A stretch of 64,000 bases of DNA from a virus, in IMG/VR virus record IMGVR_UViG_3300027782_006229, positions 20,842-84,841 of that record. One strand, 5' to 3'. Position numbers and translations under genes: made by a program. Below, piece after piece: positions 19,946-30,607 of the stretch. The notes below the pieces were generated by a model. It had not been told where the DNA came from. It saw only the letters and a program-made list of their open reading frames with translations, and made no database searches. How positions within the stretch are numbered: the first letter of the stretch is position 1; the number at the start of each line of letters is the position of its first letter.

Positions 19946-21145
19946 CTAATTCCATTTCTTCAAGTATTTTCTTTCAGGTGAATTATATGGTGTAGTATAT
20001 GCTTCATAAATACACCCAATATTTTCTTGCTTTTCAAGAATGCGTTGTTCACCAACCTGTCTCATCTCCATAGACATCTTACGATATTTTGGTTTATTTT
20101 TAAGAGTGGCTGCAATAAGTTCTTTAAGTTGCTCACCTGTTTTAAATTTGAGTGGTGCATCCTTATATGTGACCATATCTTGACAGATAACTGGTATACC
20201 AAATAGACATGCTTCAATAAATTTAATATCTGATTTGGATCTGTTGAAATGGTTATCTTGCAACGGAGCAATCATCAAATTAATATCTAGTTCAAAAATT
20301 TTCTTTGGATATTGATAAAGGGTCTGCCATGGGTGGAATTCAATCTCACCAGATTCAATATATGGCTTCAAAGGTGGTGGGAATGAACCCATAAACACCC
20401 ATTGATATTTTGTTCTTGTATCAATAACTGCTTTGATTACATGTTCAAAGTCATCTTTACCACCTACTTTATTATCTACATCATAATGTGCACCTGATCC
20501 TGTATATAGAATGCGTGGTTTTTTGTGGTTTTTATCTAGTGAATTACAAACCTTTGAATGGTTGAAGAAATAACCCATCCAGAAAAATGGAGGGAAGTTA
20601 GGAATGACTGTAATTTCTTGTTTACCTGTCTTCTCCCTATACAAATCTCTCATGTAATCACATGTTACAGTAACTTCATCAGCCATGTTAATAATATCAA
20701 TGCAGTTTTGTCTTACTTCATCATTATCAAAAGCAAATTTAAACTTATTATAATCTGGAATATCTTCTCTGAAAACTACATCATCAACTTCGTAAATAAT
20801 TTTAAAACCACACTGCTTTTGAATTGATTTTAGGTATTCAATAAATCGTTTTTGATCTGTTGTAGCTTGTCTTTGAATTTTAATTGCTGTAACACCTTCA
20901 TACCACTTTGGTTCAAATACCATACAAGTATTAGATTGTGAAATCATCGCACCATTACCGTTTAAAATTTGTTCTGGCCAAATAACCCTCCAGTGACCAC
21001 AACCACTATAATCAGCAAGATAATTGATAACACGTGGTAAAGAAAGTTCACGTGGTGCTATATTTTCCCTCGGTGGTGTGGGTGGTTGAGCTAATTTAGC
21101 ACCTTGAACTGGAATAAATGGTGATACAAACGGTGATGGAAACAT
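19946..21145 (-). CDS. GT-B fold glycosyltransferase
   Basis: GCGHWR, YEVDD and APLQDNHFNRSKSDIKFIE motifs. Confidence 0.8.
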   Translation of the reverse strand: MFPSPFVSPFIPVQGAKLAQPPTPPRENIAPRELSLPRVINYLADYSGCGHWRVIWPEQILNGNGAMISQSNTCMVFEPKWYEGVTAIKIQRQATTDQKRFIEYLKSIQKQCGFKIIYEVDDVVFREDIPDYNKFKFAFDNDEVRQNCIDIINMADEVTVTCDYMRDLYREKTGKQEITVIPNFPPFFWMGYFFNHSKVCNSLDKNHKKPRILYTGSGAHYDVDNKVGGKDDFEHVIKAVIDTRTKYQWVFMGSFPPPLKPYIESGEIEFHPWQTLYQYPKKIFELDINLMIAPLQDNHFNRSKSDIKFIEACLFGIPVICQDMVTYKDAPLKFKTGEQLKELIAATLKNKPKYRKMSMEMRQVGEQRILEKQENIGCIYEAYTTPYNSPERKYLKKWN

Positions 21146-21159
21146 ATCATAAATTTATG

Positions 21160-22965
21160 TCAGATATCTTTAAACTCAACCCTATTAGTAATACCATTTT
21201 CTTTTTCTAAGAAAATGACTTCACCTGTTACAGATTTAAGTGATTCAAGTCTATGTGATATGATATAGATACATTCATCAAATTGATCTGAACGTTCTTT
21301 AAGTAAATCACTTATAAGTTCAATACCCTTTTCATCGAATGACGAATCAAATAGTTCATCATAAAATGCAATATTGTATTGTACCCCACCTTGCATTCTT
21401 CTTAAATCTGAAAACGTAAATAAGCATGCTAAGTCTACACTCTTGCGTTCAGCACCTGAAAAATTAAAGTATGAACAGATTTTATTCTTATCATTAACTA
21501 ACTCCTCTTCGAAAAATTCATTAAAATAACAAATTGCATTACTATCTAATTTCTTGAGATAATAAAGCAATCGGCTATTAAGAAGTTCAAGCAATTTATT
21601 TACAATATAAGATTTAACACCTTCTTCACTGATGACATATTTTACAACATCAAGCATTTGAATTTGCTGCTTCTTTTGAATAATAGTTTGATCTAATTCA
21701 CTTAAACGTTTTTCAGTATCTTCAATAATACCATCAAACTCAGTTGATGTACCAGTAACCTGATTTATATCATCAATTAGTGATTCTTGCCATTTTTTGA
21801 TCTGTTGAATCTTTTCTAAAATATTTTTTTCTTCTTGATTGAGAAGTTTATTTTTTGCAATTTTACCTTCTTCATCTTTCAATTTTTTATTAACAGCATC
21901 TTTCTTTTGCTGTATTGAAATAATTTCATCCTTTGTTGCTTTGAGTAATTTAGTTAGATTATCGATTTCGATCTCAATCTTAACCTTTTCTTCTTTAATA
22001 TATTTTGCGTCGTGATCTTTAATTGATCTTAAACATACAGGACACTCTTCTTGATCCGTACCGATCTTTTCATACGTGCTTTTTAAAGTTTTAATTCTAG
22101 TTGTATATTCACCAACTAATAAATTTTTATCGGTAATTACACTTTCACATTTTTTAATACCAGTTTGTAGTTTACTAATATTTTCTTGTATTATACTACT
22201 ATCCCAAAAAACCATTCCAGCAAGTTTAGCGTCAAGTTTACCCCATGTATCATCATTTTCTTGTTGACGTTGTAAATAAACTTGATGTTTTTGGGTACGG
22301 TGATCTAAAATTTTCTGTCTTTGTTTTTTATAATCAAAAGTAGATCTGTTAACTTCAGAAAATTTTGCTTGTTCAAGATCATACTCCTTTGATATGTTGT
22401 TATATTCACCACGTAACTCAGAGATCATCTGACTAAACACTTCCAAGCCAAAAATATCTTCAATAAACTTGCGCTTTTCTACTTTATTTTTAGCCATGAA
22501 AGGTATTGCATTATTAACTGTCATAATAACACAATTCTGAAATAAAGAAGGGGTAGCACTTAGAGTATCACAAATATACTTGTTTGTATTTGATATAGTA
22601 TCTCTAGTTGCATCTTCACCATCTTTATAGATATATACCTTTGATGGGTTAAGTTTACGTATAAGCTTATACGTATTAGTCTCTTTAGGGGTAACTACAT
22701 CGCATTCAATTTCAATTGTAGTTGTACCACCTGTAATATTGTTAACAATAAGATCCTTTTTAATTTCACGCAAAGGATCTCCAAAAATACCAAAGTACAA
22801 AGCATCAGCAACAGTAGATTTACCGATAGCATTTCTACGATCAGGTTTATCTTTATTGATACCGGTAACTAGATTGATACCCTTTTTAAAATCGATACAT
22901 ACAGGATTATTACCAACTGAGAGATAGTTTTGAATTTTAAGACTTTTAAATATTACTTTTTTCAT
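21160..22965 (-). CDS. gp46: SbcC/Rad50-like ATPase (T4 gp46)
   Basis: NAIGKS, CPVC hook, FSGAE, DELFD and ISH motifs. Confidence 0.95.
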   Translation of the reverse strand: MKKVIFKSLKIQNYLSVGNNPVCIDFKKGINLVTGINKDKPDRRNAIGKSTVADALYFGIFGDPLREIKKDLIVNNITGGTTTIEIECDVVTPKETNTYKLIRKLNPSKVYIYKDGEDATRDTISNTNKYICDTLSATPSLFQNCVIMTVNNAIPFMAKNKVEKRKFIEDIFGLEVFSQMISELRGEYNNISKEYDLEQAKFSEVNRSTFDYKKQRQKILDHRTQKHQVYLQRQQENDDTWGKLDAKLAGMVFWDSSIIQENISKLQTGIKKCESVITDKNLLVGEYTTRIKTLKSTYEKIGTDQEECPVCLRSIKDHDAKYIKEEKVKIEIEIDNLTKLLKATKDEIISIQQKKDAVNKKLKDEEGKIAKNKLLNQEEKNILEKIQQIKKWQESLIDDINQVTGTSTEFDGIIEDTEKRLSELDQTIIQKKQQIQMLDVVKYVISEEGVKSYIVNKLLELLNSRLLYYLKKLDSNAICYFNEFFEEELVNDKNKICSYFNFSGAERKSVDLACLFTFSDLRRMQGGVQYNIAFYDELFDSSFDEKGIELISDLLKERSDQFDECIYIISHRLESLKSVTGEVIFLEKENGITNRVEFKDI

Positions 22966-24017
22966 ACTGTAGTGCACTTACCATAAAGGTTAAGAGTATA
23001 ATCTAATATAAATTTTTTATCTTCAATATCCAGTAAATTAATAAATTCTTCAATTGCATTAGGTATATTAATACTATCAGATAAAGCATCCGATAAGAAC
23101 GTATCTTTTGTGATTAGTTTGTTGTAATCAAAATCATACTCCACAGTAAAACTTGCTGGTTTAAGTTGTAGTAGTTTACTATGCAAAAAATCCATATCTT
23201 CAGAACTAATATTTTTATCAACCTTTAGTTTTACAAAATTACTATTGAAGGTAGTTCTAATATAGTTATCAATAGTACCAGCATTAACCATTTCACTCAA
23301 AGATAGTTTTTTATATTTTGGTGAAATGTTATTATGAATAAACTGTAACTCGGTAGTTTCAATATTAAGGATGTAATAACCTTTATCGTTACCACAATCA
23401 CCGAAATCCATCTCAAAAGGATTACCTGTATAAAGGATATTACCTGCTCCAAAATTGCGTTCATGTCTTGTATGAAAGTGACCTGAAATAATAAGATTAA
23501 ACTTACGTAATAAATCACTAGCTTTCATACCTTCATCGCAATCTTTCATTGAATTCATTTTAAAAGATTCAATTTCGAGATGTCCGAATAATATATCACC
23601 GTTAGGTACATCATTTACAGAAAACCCCCAAGGTAAAAATGCTAATGTTTTATCAAAACGTTCTAAGACGAATGGTTTGTCAATAACATTTACATTTTCT
23701 TTACCTTTCACAATATTAAGTGAATGTACATCAGTTCGATGCTTAAAATACATATCATGGTTACCAGTTATTACAGTGAGATTAAACTCACTCAATAATT
23801 TAAACACTTCAGCTGATACTGTTAATGTATCAACAGAAATTTCACTTCTATTATGATACCAATCACCACAAAATATAATATCTTTGATATTATTACGTTT
23901 TAAATCTTCAACGAACCAACGACACCAATTTAATGCAATATCATGCCATTGGTTAGAATTACCATGAACACCTAAATGAAGATCTGAAAAGATTGCTACT
24001 CTTGGCTTATTGATCAT
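22962..24017 (-). CDS. gp47: SbcD/Mre11-like nuclease (T4 gp47)
   Basis: SDLHLG, GD, GNHD, GH and SGHFH motifs. Confidence 0.95.
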   Translation of the reverse strand: MINKPRVAIFSDLHLGVHGNSNQWHDIALNWCRWFVEDLKRNNIKDIIFCGDWYHNRSEISVDTLTVSAEVFKLLSEFNLTVITGNHDMYFKHRTDVHSLNIVKGKENVNVIDKPFVLERFDKTLAFLPWGFSVNDVPNGDILFGHLEIESFKMNSMKDCDEGMKASDLLRKFNLIISGHFHTRHERNFGAGNILYTGNPFEMDFGDCGNDKGYYILNIETTELQFIHNNISPKYKKLSLSEMVNAGTIDNYIRTTFNSNFVKLKVDKNISSEDMDFLHSKLLQLKPASFTVEYDFDYNKLITKDTFLSDALSDSINIPNAIEEFINLLDIEDKKFILDYTLNLYGKCTTV

Positions 24018-24465
24018 TTTCGTTATAATAAGAATCCATATCGTCGTTATCATTTTCAGGTTTTACATATATGTAACTCGACATTTCTGGATCAGTCATC
24101 ATAGATTCATACACTTGAGACTTGTAATTAGTGATAGTTTGATGATGTTTCTGCTCTTTCTTAATCCTATTAATGAAAGCATGAAATGCAATAGTGGTAA
24201 AATACGAGAAAGGGTTAGAACCAGACGCAAAATTATACTTTTTATTCTTTACAGCACTGTACATCTTGATGAGAGCATCACCTATCATGTCATCCTTATA
24301 GGTATAATTGATAAAATTGGGTAAATAGCTAAGGCCTGTTGCAATTTTCTTGATATACACACCTAATATCTCTGTCATTACATCAGAGTCGTAATACTTT
24401 TGAAGTTCTCTTTTGAAATCATCAGAGTTTACGTAGTGTTCTTTCTTTTCTTTTTTGGAACTCAT
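24007..24465 (-). CDS. gp55: late-transcription sigma factor (T4 gp55)
   Basis: HYVN, NFINYTYKDDMIGD and NPFSYFTTIAFHAFINRIKKE motifs. Confidence 0.95.
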   Translation of the reverse strand: MSSKKEKKEHYVNSDDFKRELQKYYDSDVMTEILGVYIKKIATGLSYLPNFINYTYKDDMIGDALIKMYSAVKNKKYNFASGSNPFSYFTTIAFHAFINRIKKEQKHHQTITNYKSQVYESMMTDPEMSSYIYVKPENDNDDMDSYYNENDQ

Positions 24466-24494
24466 AGCTTAATATACGATAGGTTTATAATAAA

Positions 24495-25910
24495 TCAAGG
24501 TTCTCTAATATTTTTTTCAACAAACTGTATTTTTTCTCGTTGATAAATGTCTTTTCTTGCATCTCCATGGTCAGAACCATAACGAAGGTTGTCAATTAAA
24601 TCAAAAATATACAATTTATTCTTGGAAGGGTGTAGTCGCAAGCCACGACCAATGGACTGAACTGTACGAATGAAGGCTTTACCACCGGCCGCAAACATGA
24701 TCATGTGTAAATTCTTGATATTTACACCTGTTGAAAAGATAGAACTGAGGGCTATACACACAACATCATCATGTTTTTCAATGATTTCCTTAATTCTTTC
24801 CCGTTCCCCCACCTCAACTTTCCCTTGAATAAAGAAAACCTTTTTGGAAATACCTTGGAATTTTTCCATTAGAATTTCCCCATGCCGAATATGGTTGATG
24901 AGAATGAGGATATTTTTAGGAAATTTGGTTGCAATTTCCTTAATTGTGTTGTTCCTAAATTCTGATTCGTAAAGGAAATCTAGTTCCGCACGATAATTCA
25001 TTTTAGGAACAGGCTTGTAATGTAAGTTTACACACTTAACATCCACGTTTGTAAGGAAATTTTCCTGTCTTAAATCATAAGAATTCTTTTCAAATATGAC
25101 TGGACCAAGTTTTCCAAGTACAGACCACCTATCTCCACTCTTATCAGGTAATGTTCCTGTAAAACCATACTTGTGTGGTGTTTTGATCTTGGAAATAATC
25201 TTTCCTGTAACTTCTGCCTTTCCTTTATGACACTCATCAACGATCAACAGATCTACATGTTCCAGCCACTTGTTTTCCTCAAATTTACTTTGTAAAATAC
25301 CAAGATTGACTACAAACACGTTAGATGTTAAATCAGGTAAATGTTTTCCTGTCCATTTAGTTGTTTTGAAAGAAATACCATATGATAGGAAATCATTGTA
25401 TGTTTGAGTAACTAAACCAAGATCAGGTACAACTACAAGACATTTAAACGTGTTTTTATTAGGGGAATTTAAGTAATAATTTTCTACTAAAGTTGCAGTC
25501 GTTATGGTTTTACCTGCACCTGTTCCCATTAAGCATATACCACGACCATACTTTAAAGCTAGTTTAACTGCATCTTCCTGATACTCTCTTAGGGTGTTAC
25601 CATCAGCTTTTAAATTGTTATAGAACTTTGAATCGTACTGTTTACCTAGATAATCTGATAATTCTTTCGTGATGCAAGATTCAGGTGCAATAATATTACA
25701 CTCATGAAGATATTTGTTTATCTCCCAAAATAACCCCATCTCACATTGACCGGTGGGTGTAATATAATACTTACGACTAGGCATGAATCTATTCTTTCTT
25801 TTCATAAAAGAATGACCTTCATACGGACAACTAAAATGTTCTCTTACCTGATTGAATAAACTAGTTTCACATTGAAAAATAAGCTTATGACCTTTAATAT
25901 CAAATTTCAT
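24495..25910 (-). CDS. uvsW: SF2 helicase UvsW
   Basis: LREYQ, TGAGKT, DECH, GFTGT and QSIGRGLR motifs. Confidence 0.95.
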   Translation of the reverse strand: MKFDIKGHKLIFQCETSLFNQVREHFSCPYEGHSFMKRKNRFMPSRKYYITPTGQCEMGLFWEINKYLHECNIIAPESCITKELSDYLGKQYDSKFYNNLKADGNTLREYQEDAVKLALKYGRGICLMGTGAGKTITTATLVENYYLNSPNKNTFKCLVVVPDLGLVTQTYNDFLSYGISFKTTKWTGKHLPDLTSNVFVVNLGILQSKFEENKWLEHVDLLIVDECHKGKAEVTGKIISKIKTPHKYGFTGTLPDKSGDRWSVLGKLGPVIFEKNSYDLRQENFLTNVDVKCVNLHYKPVPKMNYRAELDFLYESEFRNNTIKEIATKFPKNILILINHIRHGEILMEKFQGISKKVFFIQGKVEVGERERIKEIIEKHDDVVCIALSSIFSTGVNIKNLHMIMFAAGGKAFIRTVQSIGRGLRLHPSKNKLYIFDLIDNLRYGSDHGDARKDIYQREKIQFVEKNIREP

Positions 25911-26302
25911 AATGTTTCGAGTTTATTGAGGTCAATAATATTTTTTACTTCCCAGTGCATACTTGCAAGTATTTTTTCAACCTTTTCGAGGTATTCAATG
26001 ACGTTGGAAAGATCACGCTTTTGTTCTTTAATTGATGCCATTTCTTCTTGCTCATCAATAAGTGCATTAACAGCTTTATCAGTAAGATGTACTGGTGCTT
26101 GCTCCTTTACTTTAACGGAAAGTTTTTTAGTTAACTTTTTTTCCTTTTCAATTAGATTTTGGAGATCACGTTTTGCTTCAATAAGTCTTGCTACCCAAAA
26201 GTGTTTACGAGCTGGTAGTCTTAGTTGAGTTTCTTTAATATTAAAATCATTTAACGCGAGGTCTTGCTCAACCTCTTTTATATATTTACTTAATAGACTC
26301 AT
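25907..26302 (-). CDS. uvsY: recombination mediator UvsY
   Basis: 131 aa helical protein next to uvsW, ending in W-VKNIID. Confidence 0.75.
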   Translation of the reverse strand: MSLLSKYIKEVEQDLALNDFNIKETQLRLPARKHFWVARLIEAKRDLQNLIEKEKKLTKKLSVKVKEQAPVHLTDKAVNALIDEQEEMASIKEQKRDLSNVIEYLEKVEKILASMHWEVKNIIDLNKLETL

Positions 26303-26328
26303 ATCTAATTATAAATACTAATATCGAA

Positions 26329-26574
26329 ATGTCAACTTTCAAAAATATTTTTTTATCCCTTATAGAAGAAGATAATGTAGCTGGAGGAGCTAGCTCTGTC
26401 TTCGGTGGTGCAGTTGATAAAGACGGTGGTATCTATAATCCTAATGAAGGTAGATATACATCAAATGATTCTATCTATGCACCAGGTGATGCTAGAGTGC
26501 CTAAAGCTTTGAGTGGAGTACAACGCAGAAGTGGTATAAGTAAGAAGAGACGCAAAAAGCGTAAAACTAAATGA
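26329..26574 (+). CDS. late hypothetical protein with basic C-terminus
   Basis: TATAAATA at about 26309; MSTFKNIFLSLIEE N-terminus. Confidence 0.7.
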   Translation: MSTFKNIFLSLIEEDNVAGGASSVFGGAVDKDGGIYNPNEGRYTSNDSIYAPGDARVPKALSGVQRRSGISKKRRKKRKTK

Positions 26575-26987
26575 CAGACTTAGGACATTGGACATGCGAT
26601 ATACATATACCTGAAACTCCATATGGGTTTGTGTATAAAATAACGAATCTAGTTGATGGTAAATGTTATATAGGTAAAAAGCAAATGATATCTGTAAAAA
26701 AGATGCCACCTCTTAAAGGTAAGAAAAATAAGCGTCATAAAGAGGTAGAAACAGATTGGCGTGCATATACAGGCTCTTCAAATGATTTAAATGCTGATAT
26801 TAGTAAACATAGTAAAGATAATTTTAAATTTCAAATAGTACGTTTTTGTACCAGCAAGTGGGAGTTATCATATTATGAAACTAAAGCTCAGTTTGAGGCT
26901 GATGTTCTTGTATCAGAAAAATTTTATAATGGAATTATAAATTGTCGTATTGGAAAAGCGCCGAAGAGTCATATAATAGATAAATGA
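26571..26987 (+). CDS. GIY-YIG domain endonuclease
   Basis: GFVYKITN...YIGKK, YTGSS, E and YN motifs. Confidence 0.8.
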   Translation: MTDLGHWTCDIHIPETPYGFVYKITNLVDGKCYIGKKQMISVKKMPPLKGKKNKRHKEVETDWRAYTGSSNDLNADISKHSKDNFKFQIVRFCTSKWELSYYETKAQFEADVLVSEKFYNGIINCRIGKAPKSHIIDK

Positions 26988-27517
26988 TTCAGGTATATAA
27001 TAGGTGTGGTGTACATATTATCGATTTTTTATCTTTTATCGATAAACATTGCTGTAAAAAATATCTTAATACATTGAATATATATGATTTGCAAAATGAC
27101 ATAACTAACAAAGATGTGCAAAAGCTTTTCTACCATTCAATAATAGAGAGTGTAATAGATTATTATCTAAAAATAAAAATATTAGATACAAAAGTTTTTT
27201 ACGTGGATAAACTTAAGCTTGCAAGTTGCTGCCTTATCGGTGATAATGACGTTAAAATATTTTTGAAGTTTTTTATTAAGTTTATAAAGGATATCAAAAA
27301 TAAACTCAATATTAATATTGTTAGCGATATACATTCATTTAAAACATATTATGAAATATTGGATACTGACGCATATCTTGTTGAAAATCTTAATAGTGCA
27401 ATAAAGAGTAAAAATATTAAATCAGAAAAAGTATATATATTTTTAGAAAAGTGTGGATTAAAAAAGCTTTCAGAAATATATAAAGAGGATGTGAAGGTTA
27501 AATTCTGGTTGAAATAA
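26984..27517 (+). CDS. hypothetical protein
   Basis: Coupled ORF. Confidence 0.6.
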   Translation: MIQVYNRCGVHIIDFLSFIDKHCCKKYLNTLNIYDLQNDITNKDVQKLFYHSIIESVIDYYLKIKILDTKVFYVDKLKLASCCLIGDNDVKIFLKFFIKFIKDIKNKLNINIVSDIHSFKTYYEILDTDAYLVENLNSAIKSKNIKSEKVYIFLEKCGLKKLSEIYKEDVKVKFWLK

Positions 27518-27528
27518 TAAATAATTTC

Positions 27529-27897
27529 ATGTCGAAGTTTTTAAAGCTGCTAGAAATGAATAACCCAACTGATGGATTTAAAGATCCTAACGATACAGTT
27601 GTTAATTCTATTAAAAAATTATGTGATGCACTAAAAATACCATATGAGGTTGCAGCAGATGGTTTATTAATTTTAAATAAACGTGATCGTAAAGCTAATG
27701 AAGAAGAAGCAGAAGATTTTACTGCAGATGGTGCAGCAAGAACAACTAGTGCATTAGGAGCCCTTCTTAGTATACCAGATCAAAAAACTGGAATTTTTGG
27801 TCAGAATAAATCAGCTAAAAAAATAAACGATGCAAAGCAGAAAATTGCTGATGGTATTTCAACATGGGCAGATAAATGGATCTCTAGTTTAAGATAA
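27529..27897 (+). CDS. late hypothetical protein
   Basis: TAAATA upstream; MSKFLKLLE N-terminus. Confidence 0.65.
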   Translation: MSKFLKLLEMNNPTDGFKDPNDTVVNSIKKLCDALKIPYEVAADGLLILNKRDRKANEEEAEDFTADGAARTTSALGALLSIPDQKTGIFGQNKSAKKINDAKQKIADGISTWADKWISSLR

Positions 27898-27904
27898 AAA
27901 TATT

Positions 27905-28288
27905 ATGAAAAAGACCCTTAAAATTTTTGAACAAGCATATTCTCTTTTAGAAGCTGCACCATTCCCAGAAGCTGAAGCAGCTGCTCCTACAGATCTAACA
28001 CAAGCTGATCCAACAATGGCAACGGAACCACAAGCTCCTGAACAACAAGAAGTTTTAAAACTTACTTCTCAGGGTGAAGTGAATATGATTAAAAAACTTA
28101 TAACATTATTACAAACTGTTGTAACATCTGAACCAGATGAGTCTACAAGATCAATGATTGTAAATTTTGATATTGACTCCATTGATGAAGGTAATGCAAG
28201 AGATATGCTTAAAAAGTTTGAAACTACGTTAGTGTCAAATAAATCTGATTACGAAACAGCAGAAATTGATAATAAATATGGAATATAA
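27905..28288 (+). CDS. hypothetical acidic protein
   Basis: ORF in late operon. Confidence 0.65.
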   Translation: MKKTLKIFEQAYSLLEAAPFPEAEAAAPTDLTQADPTMATEPQAPEQQEVLKLTSQGEVNMIKKLITLLQTVVTSEPDESTRSMIVNFDIDSIDEGNARDMLKKFETTLVSNKSDYETAEIDNKYGI

Positions 28289-29321
28289 TTTAACAAAACT
28301 TTACGAACAGGTGTACAATGGTAAACATACACCTATTGTAAGATTAGATGAAATTTATAATAAATCGATTATAAATTCTAAGTTAAAACCACCTGCATCG
28401 AAAGCGCAAATAGCTGCTAAAATATCAGCTATAGATAAAACTGTTACAGTTAAAGCAGGTAAGGATATTCGTTTACAACCGGTTGTTGGTGAATATAGTA
28501 CCGAGAAGTTATATGATATATTAAAATTAGCTAACTTACAGGTAGTGGATGTTAAAAAACCAGGTACACCTGGGAGTACATCTAGTCAATTAGTAACATA
28601 CATAGTAAAAGATGAAAATGGTAATGAATATCCAATAGTAATAGGTAAAGGTAAAGGATTTGGTACTAGAGCTGAAGATTCTGTAATTGCTAGTTTAGCC
28701 GAACAAATTGATAGTTTAATAGCTAGAAGCGATAAAGATAATATAATAGTCAACATTAATGGATATAAACAGAAAGTAGATGGTGTTGCGAGTACACCAG
28801 GTACACCAAAGAGTGACTTTTCACTAACATATAAAGGTAAACCTGTGTTATATATATCCCATAAAGACGGTAAGTCTGCAAAAGATTATCAACAGTACGG
28901 TGGTACATCATGCCAATCTGGAGAAAACATATGCAATGATGATGAGGTTAAAAAGTTTGTATCTAAGCTTAAAGAGCTATATCCAAATGGTATGACACCT
29001 AAGAGTTCAGTATATATGAAAATAAAAAATCCTGATCTCAAAAAATTTGCTATTTTTGGTACAAATGCTAATGAAGCATTTGGTATTAATAATGTTAATG
29101 CTGTATATCAAGGTGATTTAAAGTTAGTGGAAATTGGTAAAAATGAATTCGAAATACAGTCTAAACACCATATATATCCTGATGAATTACCTAGTGGTGA
29201 TTATGAACCAGTATTGTATGCAAGATACAGTGGTAGTCGTGGTGGTAATCATGGTATAAAAGACTTACGATCTATGATTGCACCAATTGCAAAAATATCA
29301 CCAGCTACGAAAAAAATATAA
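28278..29321 (+). CDS. putative PD-(D/E)xK-like nuclease
   Basis: E...PKSDF...ISHK motif pattern; probable start MEYNLTKLYE. Confidence 0.5.
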   Translation: MEYNLTKLYEQVYNGKHTPIVRLDEIYNKSIINSKLKPPASKAQIAAKISAIDKTVTVKAGKDIRLQPVVGEYSTEKLYDILKLANLQVVDVKKPGTPGSTSSQLVTYIVKDENGNEYPIVIGKGKGFGTRAEDSVIASLAEQIDSLIARSDKDNIIVNINGYKQKVDGVASTPGTPKSDFSLTYKGKPVLYISHKDGKSAKDYQQYGGTSCQSGENICNDDEVKKFVSKLKELYPNGMTPKSSVYMKIKNPDLKKFAIFGTNANEAFGINNVNAVYQGDLKLVEIGKNEFEIQSKHHIYPDELPSGDYEPVLYARYSGSRGGNHGIKDLRSMIAPIAKISPATKKI

Positions 29322-29323
29322 TC

Positions 29324-30607
29324 ATGATTACATTTAAACAACATCACAATTTATTGTTAGAGTTCTTCGAAGAGGTCGAAGGCGCTGTAAAACATATCGA
29401 CCACCTAGAAGAAAACATTATCAATAAGGGTGAAGACGGTGTTATGGAAGCTCTTGAATATATCGATAAAGCTATTGAATATTTTGTTAGTGAAACAGAC
29501 TATAAAATAAGTACCAAGTTCGATGGTTCACCAGCTATTGTAGCAGGTAAAGATCCAAAAGGTAAATTTTTCGTTGCTAGTAAATCTGCATTTGCAAAAA
29601 ATCCAAAGATTAATTATACAGTTGAAGATATTGATGTTAATCATAGTTCAAGTCCAGGTTTAGCTGAAAAACTTAAACTAGCTTTACAGTACTTACCATC
29701 TCTCAACCTTAAAGGTATATATCAAATGGATTATATGTTTGATGATCAAATCAAGCAGATGGAAAAACCAAATACAATTGATGGTGTTACTAACTACAAT
29801 AATTTTATAGCTTTCAAGCCTAATACTATCAAATATGCTGTTTCTCCAGATAGTCCGTATGGTAGAGATATTCAAAACGCTAAGATTGGTGTTGCAATCC
29901 ATATTGAATATGAAGTTGTTGGTGGTATTTTAAAGGTTAAAAAATATACCACTTCACCATCTGAATTTTCTCGTTCGAATAGTGTATTTGTATTCAATGT
30001 TTTAATTGACAAACAAGCTAATCCAAATCAACGGATCATGGGTATGCTTTTAAAAGATGTTGATAATAAGAAAGCTCAAATTCAAAAAGTTCTTAATCAG
30101 ATTGATTTTCAAGGCATTCAAAAGTATGCAATGGAATTAAAAGCATACATTAACTCTGAAATTCGTACAGGTAAGTTTTTAGATAATACAAATATTTCTT
30201 CGCAGCAGTTTGTTAATTATATTGCTAGTAGATATCAAAAAGAAATTAATGCATTGAAAAGTGAAGCAGGTAAAACTAGAAAACAAGCACAACTACAGGC
30301 TACAACAAATGAACTTAAAGGTTTACGCAAGTCTATTAAGTTGGTTTTTGATGTTACTAAAACAATCGCGATGCTTAAAAATAATCTTGTTAAAATCTTT
30401 AATGAGATGACTAAAAATTCATCACTTGGTACATATTTAGATGCAGGTCCTAATGCATGGAAAACAACACAACCAGAAGGATTTGCTGTTTCCAGAACAA
30501 AGGGTGGTCCAGATATTACAAAATTTGTAGATCGAAAAGAATTTTCAGCAGCTAACTTCCAATCTGGTAGACCTGGAGCTCAGGTTATACCACCAACCCA
30601 ACAATGA
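29324..30607 (+). CDS. conserved T4-like phage protein with ligase/nucleotidyltransferase-type KxDG motif (DUF6267-like)
   Basis: KHIDHLEE, TKFDGSPA, EGF and KFVDRKEFS motifs. Confidence 0.65.
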   Translation: MITFKQHHNLLLEFFEEVEGAVKHIDHLEENIINKGEDGVMEALEYIDKAIEYFVSETDYKISTKFDGSPAIVAGKDPKGKFFVASKSAFAKNPKINYTVEDIDVNHSSSPGLAEKLKLALQYLPSLNLKGIYQMDYMFDDQIKQMEKPNTIDGVTNYNNFIAFKPNTIKYAVSPDSPYGRDIQNAKIGVAIHIEYEVVGGILKVKKYTTSPSEFSRSNSVFVFNVLIDKQANPNQRIMGMLLKDVDNKKAQIQKVLNQIDFQGIQKYAMELKAYINSEIRTGKFLDNTNISSQQFVNYIASRYQKEINALKSEAGKTRKQAQLQATTNELKGLRKSIKLVFDVTKTIAMLKNNLVKIFNEMTKNSSLGTYLDAGPNAWKTTQPEGFAVSRTKGGPDITKFVDRKEFSAANFQSGRPGAQVIPPTQQ

